Assembly: GCF_009914755.1 (NCBI RefSeq)
Contig: NC_060936.1
DNA from: the human T2T-CHM13v2.0 reference genome, Homo sapiens
Length of the DNA: 64,000 bases
Reading direction: 5' to 3' (one strand)
The notes below the pieces were generated by a model that was given only the letters and a program-made list of their open reading frames with translations, was not told the DNA's origin and did not search any database. A program made the position numbers and the translations under genes. Below, piece after piece: positions 45,111 to 62,435 of this stretch (position 1 is its first letter; each line of letters opens with the position of its first letter).

Positions 45111-45609
45111 CTCTTATATATATTCTCTGAAAAACTGTCACATATGCTCAGACATGAAAGAACAGAAAGGCTGACCCTGGCAGCTCCCCACGCTGCAGAA
45201 TTTCAAAAATGCCTGAGGCCTCACTAAAATGAACTGTCTGAACAAAAGGAAGTAGAAAGAGTGAAAGGAGACAGAATGTTGGCCGATATGGTTGCCTCTC
45301 CTCCCTCTATCCCCAGCCTCCATCCCTCCAGATGTTTTTGCTGAGCTTCTGTCAGCCTTCTTGGCTTACCCTTTAGTCCCTGCCCCAGGGAGCTGAATTC
45401 AAGTAAGTACAGCAAATGTGGCACAAATCAAGAAAAAAGCCTGCCTTTTCCTGTTAACTAGCATTAGTTTTAGTTTATTTTTAAAGCAACACATTGTTTT
45501 CCTAATTATAAGACTTGCCAAACTTATTGCAAAGAATGAAAAGAAAACTGCAGGTAAGCAACAAGAGCAAGTGTCAAAAATCAAGTATAATCTCATCATC
45601 CAGATATAA

Positions 45610-45953
<344 letters not shown>

Positions 45954-46069
45954 TCTCTGTGAATCAATATGAATAAATGTTTCCAATGGGATTACATAAT
46001 GAGTATTGTTTTGTATACTGCTTTTTCCCCTCACTTGGCAATATATTCCAATCATATCTTCAGAGCACC

Positions 46070-46608
46070 TTTTTGTTTTAAAAGGACACCTCTGCATCCA
46101 ATTATTTATAGGATGATAATGGGCGATAGGGTTGGAGTTTTAAAATGTTTCCATGTGAACGTTTTACAATTCTCTTTACCTGCCTTTTCTGTGGTATTAA
46201 ACACATTGCTTAATTCCTATTTTCTATATTTTGGATTGGCAAATTTCTTTTTTTATTATTATACTTTAAGTTCTGGGATACATGTGCAGAACATGCAGGT
46301 TTGTTACATAGGCATACACGTGCCATGGTGGTTTGCTGCAGCCATCAACCCGTCATCTACATTAGGTATTTCTCCTAAAGCTATCCTTCCCCTGGCCCTC
46401 CACCCCACAACGGGCCCCAGTGTGTGATGTTCCCCTTCCTGTGCCCATGTGTTCTCATCATTCAACTCCCACTTATGAGTGAGAACATGTGGTGTTTGGT
46501 TTTCTGCTCCTGTGTTAGTTTGCTGAGAATGATGGCTTCTAGCTTCATCTATGTCCCTGCAAAGGACATGAGCTCATCCTTTTTTTATGGCTGCATAGTA
46601 TTCCATGG
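46070..46608 (-). mobile_element. 5'-truncated L1PA (PA7/8-like, ~46245-46608) plus ~175 bp probable 3' transduction (46070-46245)
   Basis: L1PA 3' end TTATTATACTTTAAGTTCTGGG; outer TSD CAGAGCACC at 46061 and 46609; TTTTT/AA target; interrupts an L1ME-like sequence. Confidence 0.8.
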
Positions 46609-47597
46609 CAGAGCACCATTTTTAATAGCTGCATGGCCTTCCATTATCATAATTCTTTTAATCAATTCCTATCGTTGAACTTTTACATTATTTCTAGGAA
46701 TTAAATTGAAAATACATAGAAAGCATTTAACAGCCAGGAAGGCATGGACCCACCACTCAGGATGACCAGGCTGTCAGGCCAGAGCTGGGTTCTGGAGGCC
46801 CCAGACTGTTCCAGGCATTAACCTTGGTGTTTGAATGGCAGGGCCTAATTTCATGGGAGGATCCAGGAGGCAGGCATGTGGGGGCATTTGGGAGAAGCAC
46901 TCCAAGTAGCATCTATCTATCATTCATAACAAATGATTTTTAATATTTTAACAGTCCGGTGGGCATATTGGTACAAGCTTTCTGAATATCGAAATATTTA
47001 TTACTATTACAAATAGAATAGCTATGAATATCTTTATAGAGAGGTGTCTTCACAAAGATCTCTGATTATTCCTAGAGGCACATTTTCTGGGTCAAAAGAT
47101 AAGATACATTTGTAGGGCTTTTAGTATAAAATCACAAATTGCTTTCAGAAGAACACAGTTTATAAGTTTACCAAGCTTATTATCTTTTTGATCAACTTTA
47201 CCATTAAAACCTGCATGCTGTGGAGTAGGTTTTTTGCATCTCAGTTTCTCTTGCCCCACCAAATCTACGTATAGGTATCTATCCCCAAAAACAGAAGAAC
47301 AAAGTCTTGTATGTGCAAAAAGAAGCACAAACAAGGACATTCATTGTAGCATTATATGTGATAAGAATAACAGCCCCCCAAAATTGAAAAGAAATGACAT
47401 ATTCAGGAATAGGAGGAATCAATGGCTTATATACTTTAGGATAATTTATGTTGTGAAATATTATGCAATAATTAAAAAGAATGAAGAAGATGTATGAGAC
47501 TAACATGGAATGTTCCATGACATATTAAGAAATAAAAAGTTTTAGGACAGAACATGTAGCATGATCACAGCAATGTTACATACAAAGAAGTACTGGA

Positions 47598-47930
<333 letters not shown>

Positions 47931-48428
47931 TTATATGTATATAGATATGCATCAACACATGGATAAATGTCCTTGGGAAGAATGCACATCAAGATAGTGA
48001 TACCTCTGGGGTGAGAAGTGGAATTATAAGGCAAGTAAAGCGTTTCCTCATTTTTAAAGTCTGTATATTTTTATATTGTTTGAATTCTTACAATGAAAAA
48101 CTGTTCTTAGTGTGTAACCTGGTCGGCAGAGGGGGGAGGAATGGGGTCTTGCTATGTTGCCCAGGCTGGAATCAAACTCCTGGGCTCAAGCGATCCTCCC
48201 ACCTCAGTCTCCTGAGTAGCTGGGACTACGGGTGTGCACCACTGCACCCGACTATTGTGTGGTTTTTAACAATTATTTAAAGTATAAAATAAAAGGATTA
48301 AAATCAGTTTCTTCCTTTTTGTTTTTTCTTCCTTTTAATTTTTCCTGGTAGAAGAATCATTTTTTTCCCCAAACTTTTACGTGAAACTCCACTGATGTAT
48401 AAAACCTACCATCAGTGCTGGTCTAGAG

Positions 48429-48783
48429 CAGGGGTTCCCAACCCCCAGGCTGTGGACTTTGTACCCTGTTAGGTACCAGTTAGGACTGGTAACCTATTAG
48501 GACCTGGGCCGCACAGCAGGAGGTGAGCAGCAGGCAGGTGAGCATTGCTACTGAGCTCAGTCTCCTGTCAGAGCCGCAGAGGCATTAGATTCTCACAGTA
48601 ACACAAACCCTACTGTGAATTGTGCATGTGAGGGATCTAGGTTGTACTCCTTATGAAAATCTAATTAATGCCTGATGATCTGAGTTGGAACAGTTTCATC
48701 CCAAAACCATCCCTCCCACTGTCTGTGGAAAAATTGTCTTTCACGAAACTGGTCCCTGGTGCCAAAACGGTTGGGGACCACTG
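48429..48783. mobile_element. MER1B-like hAT element
   Basis: CAGGGGTTCCCAACC ... GGTTGGGGACCACTG; perfect 8-bp TSD GTCTAGAG. Confidence 0.92.
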
Positions 48784-48899
48784 GTCTAGAGGGCAGAGGT
48801 TGGCTACCCCGATCAGTTTCTCGTCCTCTTGGTGGCAGGCCTAACAACCCTCCCCTGAACCCTGACTCCCCAGGCCGCACACATTACTAACCAGCTTTG

Positions 48900-49045
48900 A
48901 AGGCCTGCGATCTGTGCAATCCCAGGAGCCTCACGTGTGATTTAACGTTCTGCTGTCACTGTCTTGAAATTCTTAATAATTTTTGAACAAGAGACCCTAC
49001 ATTTTCATTTCTCATTGGGGCCCCCAAATTATGTAGCCAGCCATG
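48900..49045. mobile_element. MER91-like fragment
   Basis: GTCTTGAAATTCTTAATAATTTTTGAACAAG ... CAAATTATGTAGCCAG. Confidence 0.65.
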
Positions 49046-50260
49046 GTAGATCAGACACTCTCTGAGTTCTGTTTGTCCCACTCACAAAGTCTCTTGCATA
49101 TATTAACTCATTTAATTCTCAAAATAGTCTCACGTGGTTGGTATCATTACATAGTCTTTTGTGAGTTTTCACAGTATCAGAACCACTCATCACCCAACCC
49201 AGGAATGGGGTCTTGGAAGTCCCAGCCTCTTCCTGAGAAGCATTCTGAGCAGCTGTCAACATCTGGGTCTTGAAATCACAGCTTCAAAGGACTGAAGGTT
49301 TCAGGCGACGTGTGGGCTCAAGTCTTTGCAGCCAAAAGCATGTCAATGCTAGACACATCAGTGGCACTTTCATTGCACAGTGTTTCTTTCAAAGCATCTT
49401 CCTGATTTCTGTACAAAGTCACTGAGAGTACAGGTGAAGTCAGAATCTACATAAGACATAATAATTTAAAACTTCGTAACCAGTACTTCTGGTTAAAAAT
49501 AAAATGTAATATCTTTTTGTTATCTCATCTTAGGGGAGGTAGGATGGTTGATGTTTTAGCTGGAAAAAGAATGTGAGAAAATCTGTATTCTATCTCATTC
49601 TTTTTTGTTTTGCACCAGCAGAAAGATTAAAATTTTCTTCTCATTCCTCACATATTTGCAGCTTCCTCAATGTCTCCATTTTTCTCATCTGCTGTCAGCT
49701 GTATTGTTAAACGTCTGAGAAAAGGTTTTGTATGCAGAAAAGGCTAATTGTATCCGCTTGTGCTTAAATTAATATGCAGTTATTTAAATTACAAATTTAA
49801 AAACCTAGTTTTTAATCTAAATTTAACTTAAGTGCATTAGTATTCTATTTATAAATTAATTTTTATTAAAAAACATTACTTTCACACATTCTTTGATTAA
49901 TGAGTGTTCAATTAATGAATAAATTAAACAGATTAAATTCCTCAAACAATTAACCTCATTTACCAACTAGTTAATTAAACTTCCTGAAAGAGTTTAAATT
50001 AAATTTTTACATTTTATATATTTTCCTCTTAAACATTTCAAAGGCCCGAAGGGACTGATAAGCATAAGTAAAAGTTTTCTAAGCACTTATGCAATTCTTA
50101 TAAATTGAATAAGTCAACTTATAAATAGGGTAAATAAAGGTTTTTTAAACGTTTAAATAATGTCTACAAACAATTAAATTTAATATTATCTACACTAAAT
50201 TTTTGTGAGTGATAGAAACCCCTAATTAACATGGCTTAAAGATAGAGTTTTATTCTTCTA

Positions 50261-51312
<1,052 letters not shown>

Positions 51313-51774
51313 TATTCATGATTTGGACAGGGACCGTGATTCTTTCAGCTGTCAGCTCTCCTATCCCAATGGGGTATCATTTAGGGTGTGGGCTTCCTCA
51401 TTGCCCAAAATAGCTGCTCAAGCCATCACACTCACATCCTCACATCCCCACCAGTGAGCAGGAGAAGGGGAACACAGGGCATGCCTCTCATTTTAAGTTG
51501 CCCATACACTTCCACCTAACTCACATTGTCCAGAATTTAGTCACCTGGAGATGAAAAAGAGGCAGGAAAATGTGTTTTTTTTCTGTGCAGGCACGCATTG
51601 GGCTAAAACCTCAGGATTCTGTTATGACAGCAAAAGGGAGAATACATATTGGGAAATAAGTAGCATAAACCTATCACAAGTTCTCATCTGCCTTGAAATT
51701 AAATACCACAAATCTAAAATTAATTTTAACTATTTTTAAAATTAGATCTAAATCATATGTAACATGTATTACCA

Positions 51775-51918
51775 ATTCCCAGCTGCGTGACTTTTCTGTG
51801 AGACCATCTTTATCTGTAAAATGGAGACAATGATAGCAACCACATGAGACTATTTTGAGAATTAAATGAGTTAATATATGCAAGGTGTTTAGGACAGTTA
51901 TTGGTACTTAATAAATAA
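51775..51918 (+). mobile_element. MIR
   Basis: ATCTGTAAAATGG ... TGAGAATTAAATGAGTTAATATATG. Confidence 0.85.
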
Positions 51919-52423
51919 GAGTTGACCCTTGCACAATGCCGGGGTTAGGGGCACCAACCCCACACACAGTCAAAAATCCAGGTATAACTTTCGACTCCCC
52001 AAAACTTAACTACTAATAGCCACCTGTAGACCAGAAGCCTTATCAATTACATAATCAGTAAATTAACACAGATTTTGTACGTTATTTGTATTATATACCA
52101 TATTTTTACAGTAAAGTAAGCTAGTGAAAAGAAAATGTCATAAAGAAAATCATAAGGAAGAGAAAACATATTTACTATGTTGGAAGTGAATCATAAAGGT
52201 GAGTCATAAAGGTCTTCATCCTTGTGATCGTCAGGTTGAGTAGACTGAGGAGGAGAAGCCGGGGGTTGGTCTTGCTGTCTCAGGGGTGGCAGAGGCAGAA
52301 GAGGTGGAGGACGTGGAAGGGAAGGCAGGAGAGGCAGGCACACTCGGGGTAACTTTTATTTTCAAAAACCCTCATATAAGTGGACTCTCGCAGTTCAAAC
52401 CCGTGTTCTTCAAGGTTTGACTG
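51919..52423. mobile_element. Tigger2a-like
   Basis: GTTGACCCTTGCACAA ... GCAGTTCAAACCCGTGTTCTTCAAGGTTTGACTG. Confidence 0.88.
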
Positions 52424-52721
52424 TTCTACAAAAGCCTTAGCTCTGTTATGCAAAGGAAAGGAAATGAGACTCACAGGGCTTATCTTGGAAAACCCACACC
52501 AGTGCCCAGAAACCACTGCTTCCTTTTCCAACAGCCCAGAAACCATGTCCTGACATCAATTTCAAGCCAGGTTTCAGAAAGGAAGACACGGTTTCTGTGC
52601 AAGGGCATGATATGACCAAGTCAGTCCTGGCACAGAAATCCTCACTAGCTCCCTTCTGCCAGTGTGCTTGCCTGCCTTCCTGTCTTTTTCCCTTTTCTTT
52701 CCTCCTTTCTGAAATCCAGAA

Positions 52722-53263
52722 ACCACCCCGCATGTTCACGTGCCTGATATAAAATGGTGTAGTATTTGCATATAACCTATGCACATCCTCCTATGTATAC
52801 TTTAAGTCAGTTCCAGATTACTTCTAATACCTAAGACAATGTAAATGCTATGTCAATATTATATTGTATTGTTCTTAAACTTTTATTATTTTATTGTTGT
52901 ATTGTTATTTTATATTGTTGAAGATATTTTTTAGCTTTTAGGTTCAGGAGTACATGTGCAGGTTTGTTACGCAGGTAAATTGCATGTCACGGGGGTTTGG
53001 TGTACAGATTATTTCATCATCGAGGTAATAGCATAGTACTCAATAGGTAGTTTTTCAATCCTCCTCCTCCTCCAGCCCTCCACCTTCAAGTAGTCCCCAG
53101 TGTCTGTTGTTCCCTCCTTTGTGTTCATGTGTACTCAATGTTTAGCTCCCACTTACAGGTAAGAGCATGCAGTATTTGGTTTTCTGTTTCTGTGTTAGTT
53201 CGCTTAGGGTAACGTTTAAAATATTTTGGATCCACAGAACCCACGGATAAGGAGAGTTGGCTG
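52722..53263. mobile_element. MER2 interrupted by an antisense L1PA 3' fragment (~52928-53212)
   Basis: CCTGATATAAAATGGTGTAGTATTTGCATATAACCTA; L1 3' end on the - strand. Confidence 0.85.
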
Positions 53264-54716
53264 TATAGATATGACGATGAATATTTACTTATATAAATGT
53301 GTCTTCCACCATTGCCTTCTCTTCTGTTTAATTGGTTAAAACATTCATTGAATTACAATTACTTTCATACAATACGATTTGTCAGACAAACTTTCTTTTC
53401 CTCAACTTCTAGATAACTTTAAATCCCTTGCCTTGGCATTTAAGAAAGCTCCCCTTCCCTGGAAATCTTTCTTCCCTCTTCTTCATTCATCAGAACAATA
53501 TTTGATTCAGGTCTCTTTTACTGTGTGAAGCTCTTGGAAAGTATTAGAAAATCCAGGCTACCCTTCTGTAGGCATTCTTTCCATAATGGTTTCTCTACAA
53601 TCCTGTAGCACTTACATAAACCATTATTTGCAGTCAGCATGCTACTAACTATTGTTGTTATTTATCTTTATCTAAACTGAAGTTAAAGACTGTTTGGACA
53701 TCCTTTTATCCTCTGCCTTACTTAGCGCAGAGCCTTAGATTTGTAACTGATGAACATTTGGTAATAGAGATGAGGTTGCTATTACCACCACGTAAGGGGA
53801 TTTCACAATGATGTTTTTTTCCTAAATATCTATGAAGCCCTGTAGGAACTACCTGCCCTAATTTCGTTCATTCGACGTGCTAACAATTTCTATAGTTCCA
53901 GCTCTGACATCACTCTTGCTTAGAGTCTAACGGGAGAGTTTCAGCTTCCAAGAACTTTCTTTACTATCATAGGAAATGACACAGTTTCTCTCCCTCCCCC
54001 TTACTCCCTTTCTTTTTCTTTCTTTGAACTCAATTTCCTTAAAAACAGTGATTTTATCATTTTACTAACGGGCTAGAAGCCAGGGACTTCCCAGATGTAC
54101 AATGAATAATATTCTCTTTCTCCCGGAGGTCAAAATCTTCGCCGCCTGAGGTTTTATGTATTTGACTCCTCCAGACAGTCATTTCTCTTTTTAATGCCTA
54201 CTCTGTTCCAGGAGCTTTATGTACAATAAAGCCACTGCATACCTACAGTAAGCTGCAAGGTAGCTATTGTTTCCCCATTTTATTAATGACAGAAGTGAAG
54301 CTCGGAGGTATTCAGTAGTGTGCAGATATCTGTCTGTACTGGCACAGTTTAAAAAGAGGCACATTCAAACCAGAGTAGCCTACTTAACTACTAGTTTCAC
54401 AATAGTAATTGAGAGTAAATTAAAATATTACAAACCCCTCCAGGGAAAGGTACTCATTAAAAGGTTTAGATTCCTGTGGGAATATAAATCAACACATATT
54501 TACTCCCCTCTAAGTTTACTTCCTGAAATCTCTGGGCCCTCGGCGAAGCCTTTTGCTAACACATTTAGGGCTTAGGGTTTTCTCTGGGATCCCATATCCT
54601 TCTTAAGTGTCACGTCTCAGGACTCATTGAGCAGGGGGTGGCCTGGTGGCTGGCAGGTGGGACAAGCTGGGACTACACCATCCCTCCTGCTGGAGTGGAG
54701 CAGATGTTGGGGTTAG

Positions 54717-55247
<531 letters not shown>

Positions 55248-56006
55248 TGAAAAGGGCTTACCAAAGCACAATCCATGAAGCACAATGCTTTGAGCACAGA
55301 AAAGGCTCTGGGGTCAAATAAGTGCGAGAAACAAATGCACTGTTCCCAACCCACCACGGAAATTGGATGACTAACAGCTCTCAAACTATGAAAATAAGCA
55401 AACAAACAAACCAACAAAACCTTGTAATCAACAAGCCATACCACAAGCAGTTAAAATATGAATATGTAATATGCAATGTGTCGTGAGAAATCCTGAGAAA
55501 TCTTTATTAAAAAGAAGGAGAGAGATAAGATGGCAGCCCAAATGCAGAGTGAAGAAATCATTTTTTCCTAAAAGAGAGAAAACAGAAGCAGGTTTTAATA
55601 CAGAAGCAAAGCAACAGTGCGGAGGCAGAGCCTGAGGATGTCAGAAGTATACTTATACATCTGTTTCCTCAAAGAAATTGGGAGCTCCCAGTGGAATCCC
55701 AGCAGAGGCACTCAAGCAGAGGTTTTGAAATTGCGAACAGCGTTTATAACTAATGGAATAGAATCCCCAAAAACCAACAAGGGTCTGAACGAAGGGAGCC
55801 TTAGGAAAGAGAGTGCACACATGCTTTCTCTGAGATAGAAGGGGAGTGGGAGATGATGAGGGAAAACACGGGAATATTTTGAATGGAAAAAAGGCTGCAC
55901 ACAGGAGTTGTTTGGCAGTGGAGAGAAGATTCTCATCAGCTGGCCTTGATCAGTGCAGTAAGGCAGAGGCGAGGTCACCGCCCACAGAGGGAGCTGGCAG
56001 CATTCA

Positions 56007-56757
<751 letters not shown>

Positions 56758-57611
56758 AATTTGGCCGAGTACCTGTGAGAACCCAGTACGCGAAGTGTGG
56801 TCTACACAGTGCTGCTTTAGGGCATGGTCCCTGGAGCCAGACTAACTGGATTTGGGTTTAAATCCAAGATCCCTTCCTTTTCAAAAGGTGGTAAGAATTA
56901 AATTAGGTAATATATGTAAAACACTTGGGAGACTGCCTAGCGCATTAGTAACCACTCAGCAAGTAGTAGCTATTACTATTATTGTTATTTTGTGATGGAA
57001 CTAGTAGTAAGAATTTTGTGATTTTTCCTAAAGAAATATGAGGTCACCCAGGACAACCAAAGGTAGGAGCATAGTCATGATATAAGGTGGGGACTGAAGG
57101 CTGGATACTAGCCCAGCAGGCATTGTGGGAGGGCTGTTGATGGAGTCTGGTTCCTAACTAGGTAGGGCATGCAGTACAGACCGTAAGAAAGGTGACACAT
57201 CTGAACTTGAGCTTTTGGCTGAAGAAATGCTCAGGGTGATAACGAGACCTAAAATATTGCCATAAAAATCATGCCTACCATGTATGCATTCATTCCATTC
57301 CTTTGACAACATTTTTTGAGCACCTATTGTGCGTCAGCCACTCTACCTGAAACTCCTTCCTCACCTGGTGCCTTTAACTTCTCAACAAGCCAATTAGGTA
57401 GATCTTAGTAAACCAATTTTTCAGACAAAGAGATTAAATTTTGACCCAAACCAAAAAGCTAATAAATGACAAAACCAGGTTTCAGACACTGATGTGATTC
57501 TAAAGTTTATGTTTTTAAGAACTGTTCTGTGCTTTATCTCCATGGTGCTGAATGTTTTTGATAGGTGAAGAGGAGTGTCTTAAGAGCAGGGGCTTAGGAC
57601 TTGTAAGGTCA

Positions 57612-58103
<492 letters not shown>

Positions 58104-58479
58104 GGAAGATCAAATGCTTGCTTGTTACTGGTAGAAGACATGTCCTTCATTGTCAGTCTTTGAGCCTCTGTGGGAAAGCCAGATGTTCTGTTCAAGTGAG
58201 AGACGAAAGGAGCAGATGTGGTAGAAGAAGCTGAGATTGGAAGAGCATCCCAGAACACCATATCAGAGGCCAGGAGATGGGTGGACAGAGGGCTGGGGTG
58301 GAAGAAGGACTTAGTCTCCAGAGTTAGCAAGAGAAGTGAGGAGGCTGAGAGACAGGCTAGAAGGGCAAGGTAGAAGCCAGTCAGGAGAGCACTGCACACC
58401 TAGAATCTTGTGAGAGGGGGTTACAGGCACTGCATTCCAAGTGAAATGTTATAAAGGGAAAGTCCAGCAGCACACTTAC

Positions 58480-58826
58480 CTGCCTTGGTGTTTACCACTC
58501 AAATGGTTCCTCTCTGCCTTTGGTGCTGAGGAAAGGAGGCTCTGGCACCACTGGAACAGGAAAACTTGACTGTTGCTAGTCTATTCCATTGAACTTACAG
58601 ATATTTGGGATTACCAAATTGGGAAGAGCAAAGCTATCTCCAGGTATATACTATTTCACAGCGTACCGTCTCATTATGACCTTGTCAGGAGCCTATAGTG
58701 ACGTCGAATCCCTGATTATTAGTACCATGGCTTTGACAAATTTCTGAGATCCCAAATTGTCCAGGTAGCAGGAACCAAGAGGGTAATCTGGGTGGTCAGG
58801 CCTGGAGAAATCCCCTCACAATGTAA
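58480..58826 (+). promoter_or_regulatory. Candidate SMCO2 promoter / non-coding first exon region
   Basis: Unique sequence ~3.6 kb upstream of the ATG exon; candidate donors CAG|GTATAT (58643) and AAT|GTAAGT (~58822); CRE-like TGACGTCG at 58699. Position is inferred, not demonstrated. Confidence 0.3.
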
Positions 58827-59940
58827 GTTAGTGATTTCATCAACTGTCTTTTAAAATAGTTGATTGTTCCTTGTAACTGAAACTGATGCTTCTCTAAATG
58901 TGTAATTTTAAAAGTTTTTATAGGATATGGGGGAAGGAGGAGGGATTCACTCCATTTGTACCAAACAATCCTAGAAAGCCAATGGGGTAAGCACACAAGA
59001 ATGAAGACATGGGGTGTAGGGAGAAGAAGGAGTCTATTTTAAAAGGTCTAGAGTATGAGTAACTCCCAACTTTCATATGTGTATGAATTACCTGAAACCT
59101 TGCTAAAAGGCAGACATTGGTTCAATGAGTCTGGGTGGGATCTAGTATCTGCACTAGGTTGGACAGCTTGCATCAAGCTCCCAGGAAGCGCTGAGGCTGC
59201 TGGCCTGCAGACCACACTTTGAGCACTAAGGACTTGCACTATGTCACTAGTCAAAAGTTGGCTTCAAAAGATGGATTGTTTTTGAGGTAAGATGGCTGTT
59301 AGCCAACCCATTAAGACGCATTGGGCATTAATTTTATGTGTAATAGTAGGATGACTGCAAAACTTATAGTCAGAATTTGCAGGTTTCCATGCTGATTCTA
59401 CCATTTTCTAGCAATAAAACTTTGGACAAGTCCCAGGTCATCTCTGTGTTTCAGTTTCTTCCTCTGATAAAATAGAGGTAACAAGATGTGCCATGGTTGG
59501 CTAACCACAGGGTAATCATGAGGGTCAGAGGAAACAACTTAGTGAAAGTGCCTTATGAACTGAAAGTGCTGCACATGTGTAAGCATTATTTTTATTACTG
59601 TGTTATTTGAAGTTAAACGTTACTAATTGCTCCCATTTCCACAGCTTTTATTTTAATAGATAGATCGATAACATTGGCAAGTGTCTGCTATTTACCTGAT
59701 GCCATGTTAAGCACAATTTTACTCCTCACATCTCTAATAATATTAGTATTACTATTGTTAGCCCCATTCTGCAGAGGAAAAAGTGAGGCCCCCAGACAAT
59801 AAGATAAGGCCCAGCTGTGAAGTGTTGATGCTGGATTATGAACTCAGCTTGATTCTCCAAAGTTTAGCTCTTATTTACTGCATTCAACTGATGGATCGTA
59901 GCAAACACCCAACATCATAGAAGAAGGTGATAGTCTAGAA

Positions 59941-60163
59941 CAGGGGTTGGCATGCTTCTTCTGTAAAGGGCAAGATAGTAAACATTTAGCCTTTCTATGC
60001 CAAATGATTTCTCTTGCAACCATTCAATTCTCTCATTGCAGTGCAAAAGGAGTCATAGATGATTTGTAAAGGAATGGGTGTGGCTGTGTTGCAATAAAAT
60101 GTCATTTCTAGAAACAGGTGGCAGGCTGGATTTGGCCTGCTGGCCATAGTTTGATGACCGTTG
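59941..60163. mobile_element. MER58A-like
   Basis: CAGGGGTTGGC ... GGCCATAGTTTG; TSD GTCTAGAA / CTCTAGAA. Confidence 0.87.
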
Positions 60164-60179
60164 CTCTAGAAAATTCTGA

Positions 60180-60345
60180 GTTGTCCAACATGATAGTCGT
60201 TGGGCATGTGTGGCTGTAAATTCAGTTCCTCAGTTGCACTGGCCACATTTCAAGTACTCAATAGAAACATGTGGCTAGTAGCTACTGTATCAAATAGTGT
60301 AGAGAACATTTTCATCAACACAGGAAGTTCTATTGGAGAGCCCTG
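60180..60345. mobile_element. MER3-like
   Basis: GCCACATTTCAAGTACTCAATAG ... GAAGTTCTATTGGA. Confidence 0.8.
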
Positions 60346-62258
60346 GTCTAGGTCATCTTTGGAGGTGGGAGGTGGGGAAAATCTTTTTATCAGTAGCTGT
60401 GAGGACATGGAAGCTCTGAGTCCTGGCTTTACTTCTTATATCTGACTCTAAGTAAATCACATCATCTCCCATAGGCTCCGTTAATACACACATAAAATGG
60501 GGATAATACCCTCTGTATCATGTTGTTGTGAGAACTGAATGAGAAAATATGTGAAAGGTACTTTGTAATCTGTTAGGGACTGCACAGACATAAGCCATTG
60601 TTAGGATTCTAATTGTTAGGTAAAATGTGAGAGAATGTGTGGAGGCAGAATTTGGGTAGGTGCCTAAATTGACAGACGATGTTTTCTTTGAAATCACTCT
60701 TGGGGGAGACATTGAGATGATAGAGAATTATCAGAATAAGGAAATTTTATTATTTTTATGGTATTCTATTTTTTGGACCATAAAAACAGTAAACAAGGCA
60801 AATCTCAGTGTCTGTTCACCTTTCAGAGCTTGGAATTGCCTTTGTAATGCTTAACACCCTCAGGAAATGGACAAAACTGTCCAGATAGGGGCTGTGATGA
60901 AATTGGCAGGCAATAGTGACCTTCCTGAGGGAAATCAAAGGTTTATTTTTTGCCACATTCAAAGTTAAAAAGGATGGTGCCATCACACATCAAAGGTTCT
61001 AGTTCTTTCCTGATGCTTCTCTTTCACAGGGGCCCCTTTTATACCACACAAGTCAAGAACAAAGCTCAATTCTGCCACAGAATGATCGACCAAGCCCTTG
61101 TCTGTGCAAATGGTTTTAACATCTCTGTGATTCCCAGGGCCTCCCTTCTCCCTGATTATTCCTCCCTGTTGCTAGTCCCTGCCATAAATCACCCTTGCAG
61201 AAAAATGCCTTCTCTTCCCATGAGTCTGTCATCCCCTCTTGTCCCTCAGGGTGCTGGGAGCCAGGCTACCCTCTAGTTCTAGGCCAATCTACTGCTATCA
61301 CTCACTTGAATATACAGAAGAGAAGGTGTCTTCCTGTTTAGCCTGGACACACCCTCCTGATTTCTGCCTATAACTAGGAGTTATGTTTTGTATCTATCCT
61401 TTCCCTACAGCTTTTTCTATGAGCCTATCTCACACGTCTCTACCTTCTTTCCTGTTTCCTTTCCGTTATTTTTCACACTACTTAAGTACTCCAACAATTC
61501 ACTCCTCTGCTGTCCAGCGAACACCCGCCTATCAGACTGGAAGGAAGGTTCCTGTTCTTACACACAGCTGATGCCAGTGTATATTAGTTAAACCTTTAGG
61601 AAAGCAATTTGGAAATATTTGTCTAAATCCTTAAAAATCTGGTCAAACTCCTTTGAACCAGTAATTCCACCTCTAAGGAAGTATTTAACTAATTAGACAT
61701 ACACTGAAAATTACTAAACAAAGATAATCATTATTGCATTATTTATACTACTAAGCAATTAGAAATAACCTAGTTGTCAACAATGGGAAAAGAATAAAAC
61801 AAACACCAAATCTAGAAGCAGAAATAAAATGTACTAAAATATTAACAGTGGTTAAGTCTGGATATCTCTGGGGTTAACTCTGGTTATCTCTGAAGTACCA
61901 ATGATTTTACTTTTTTCTTTTGCCCTTTTTACTTTTTACAATATGCATATTATTATATAATCAGAAAGAGATTAAAAAAATGAAAGTTCCCATTCTTCCA
62001 GGCTGGTTATTATATATTCCTCTGTAGTATTCTCCTTCGAGCATTCAAAGCGCACATTTACCAGCCAAGAGGTGTGTCCTTGGAGACAGCCACACAGGTC
62101 TTTCTCATATATACTTGAGAAGCAAAATCTAAGAGCTTGTTTTGGGGTCCTTTACGATGAACAGCCAGTTTGAAAGGGGAGGAATTAAAGCCAAATGCCC
62201 TGAGGAAGAAGTTAGTCTGGTGTCAGTGAAGAGGATGTGGTTGCCATTTCTGCCATAA

Positions 62259-62435
<177 letters not shown>

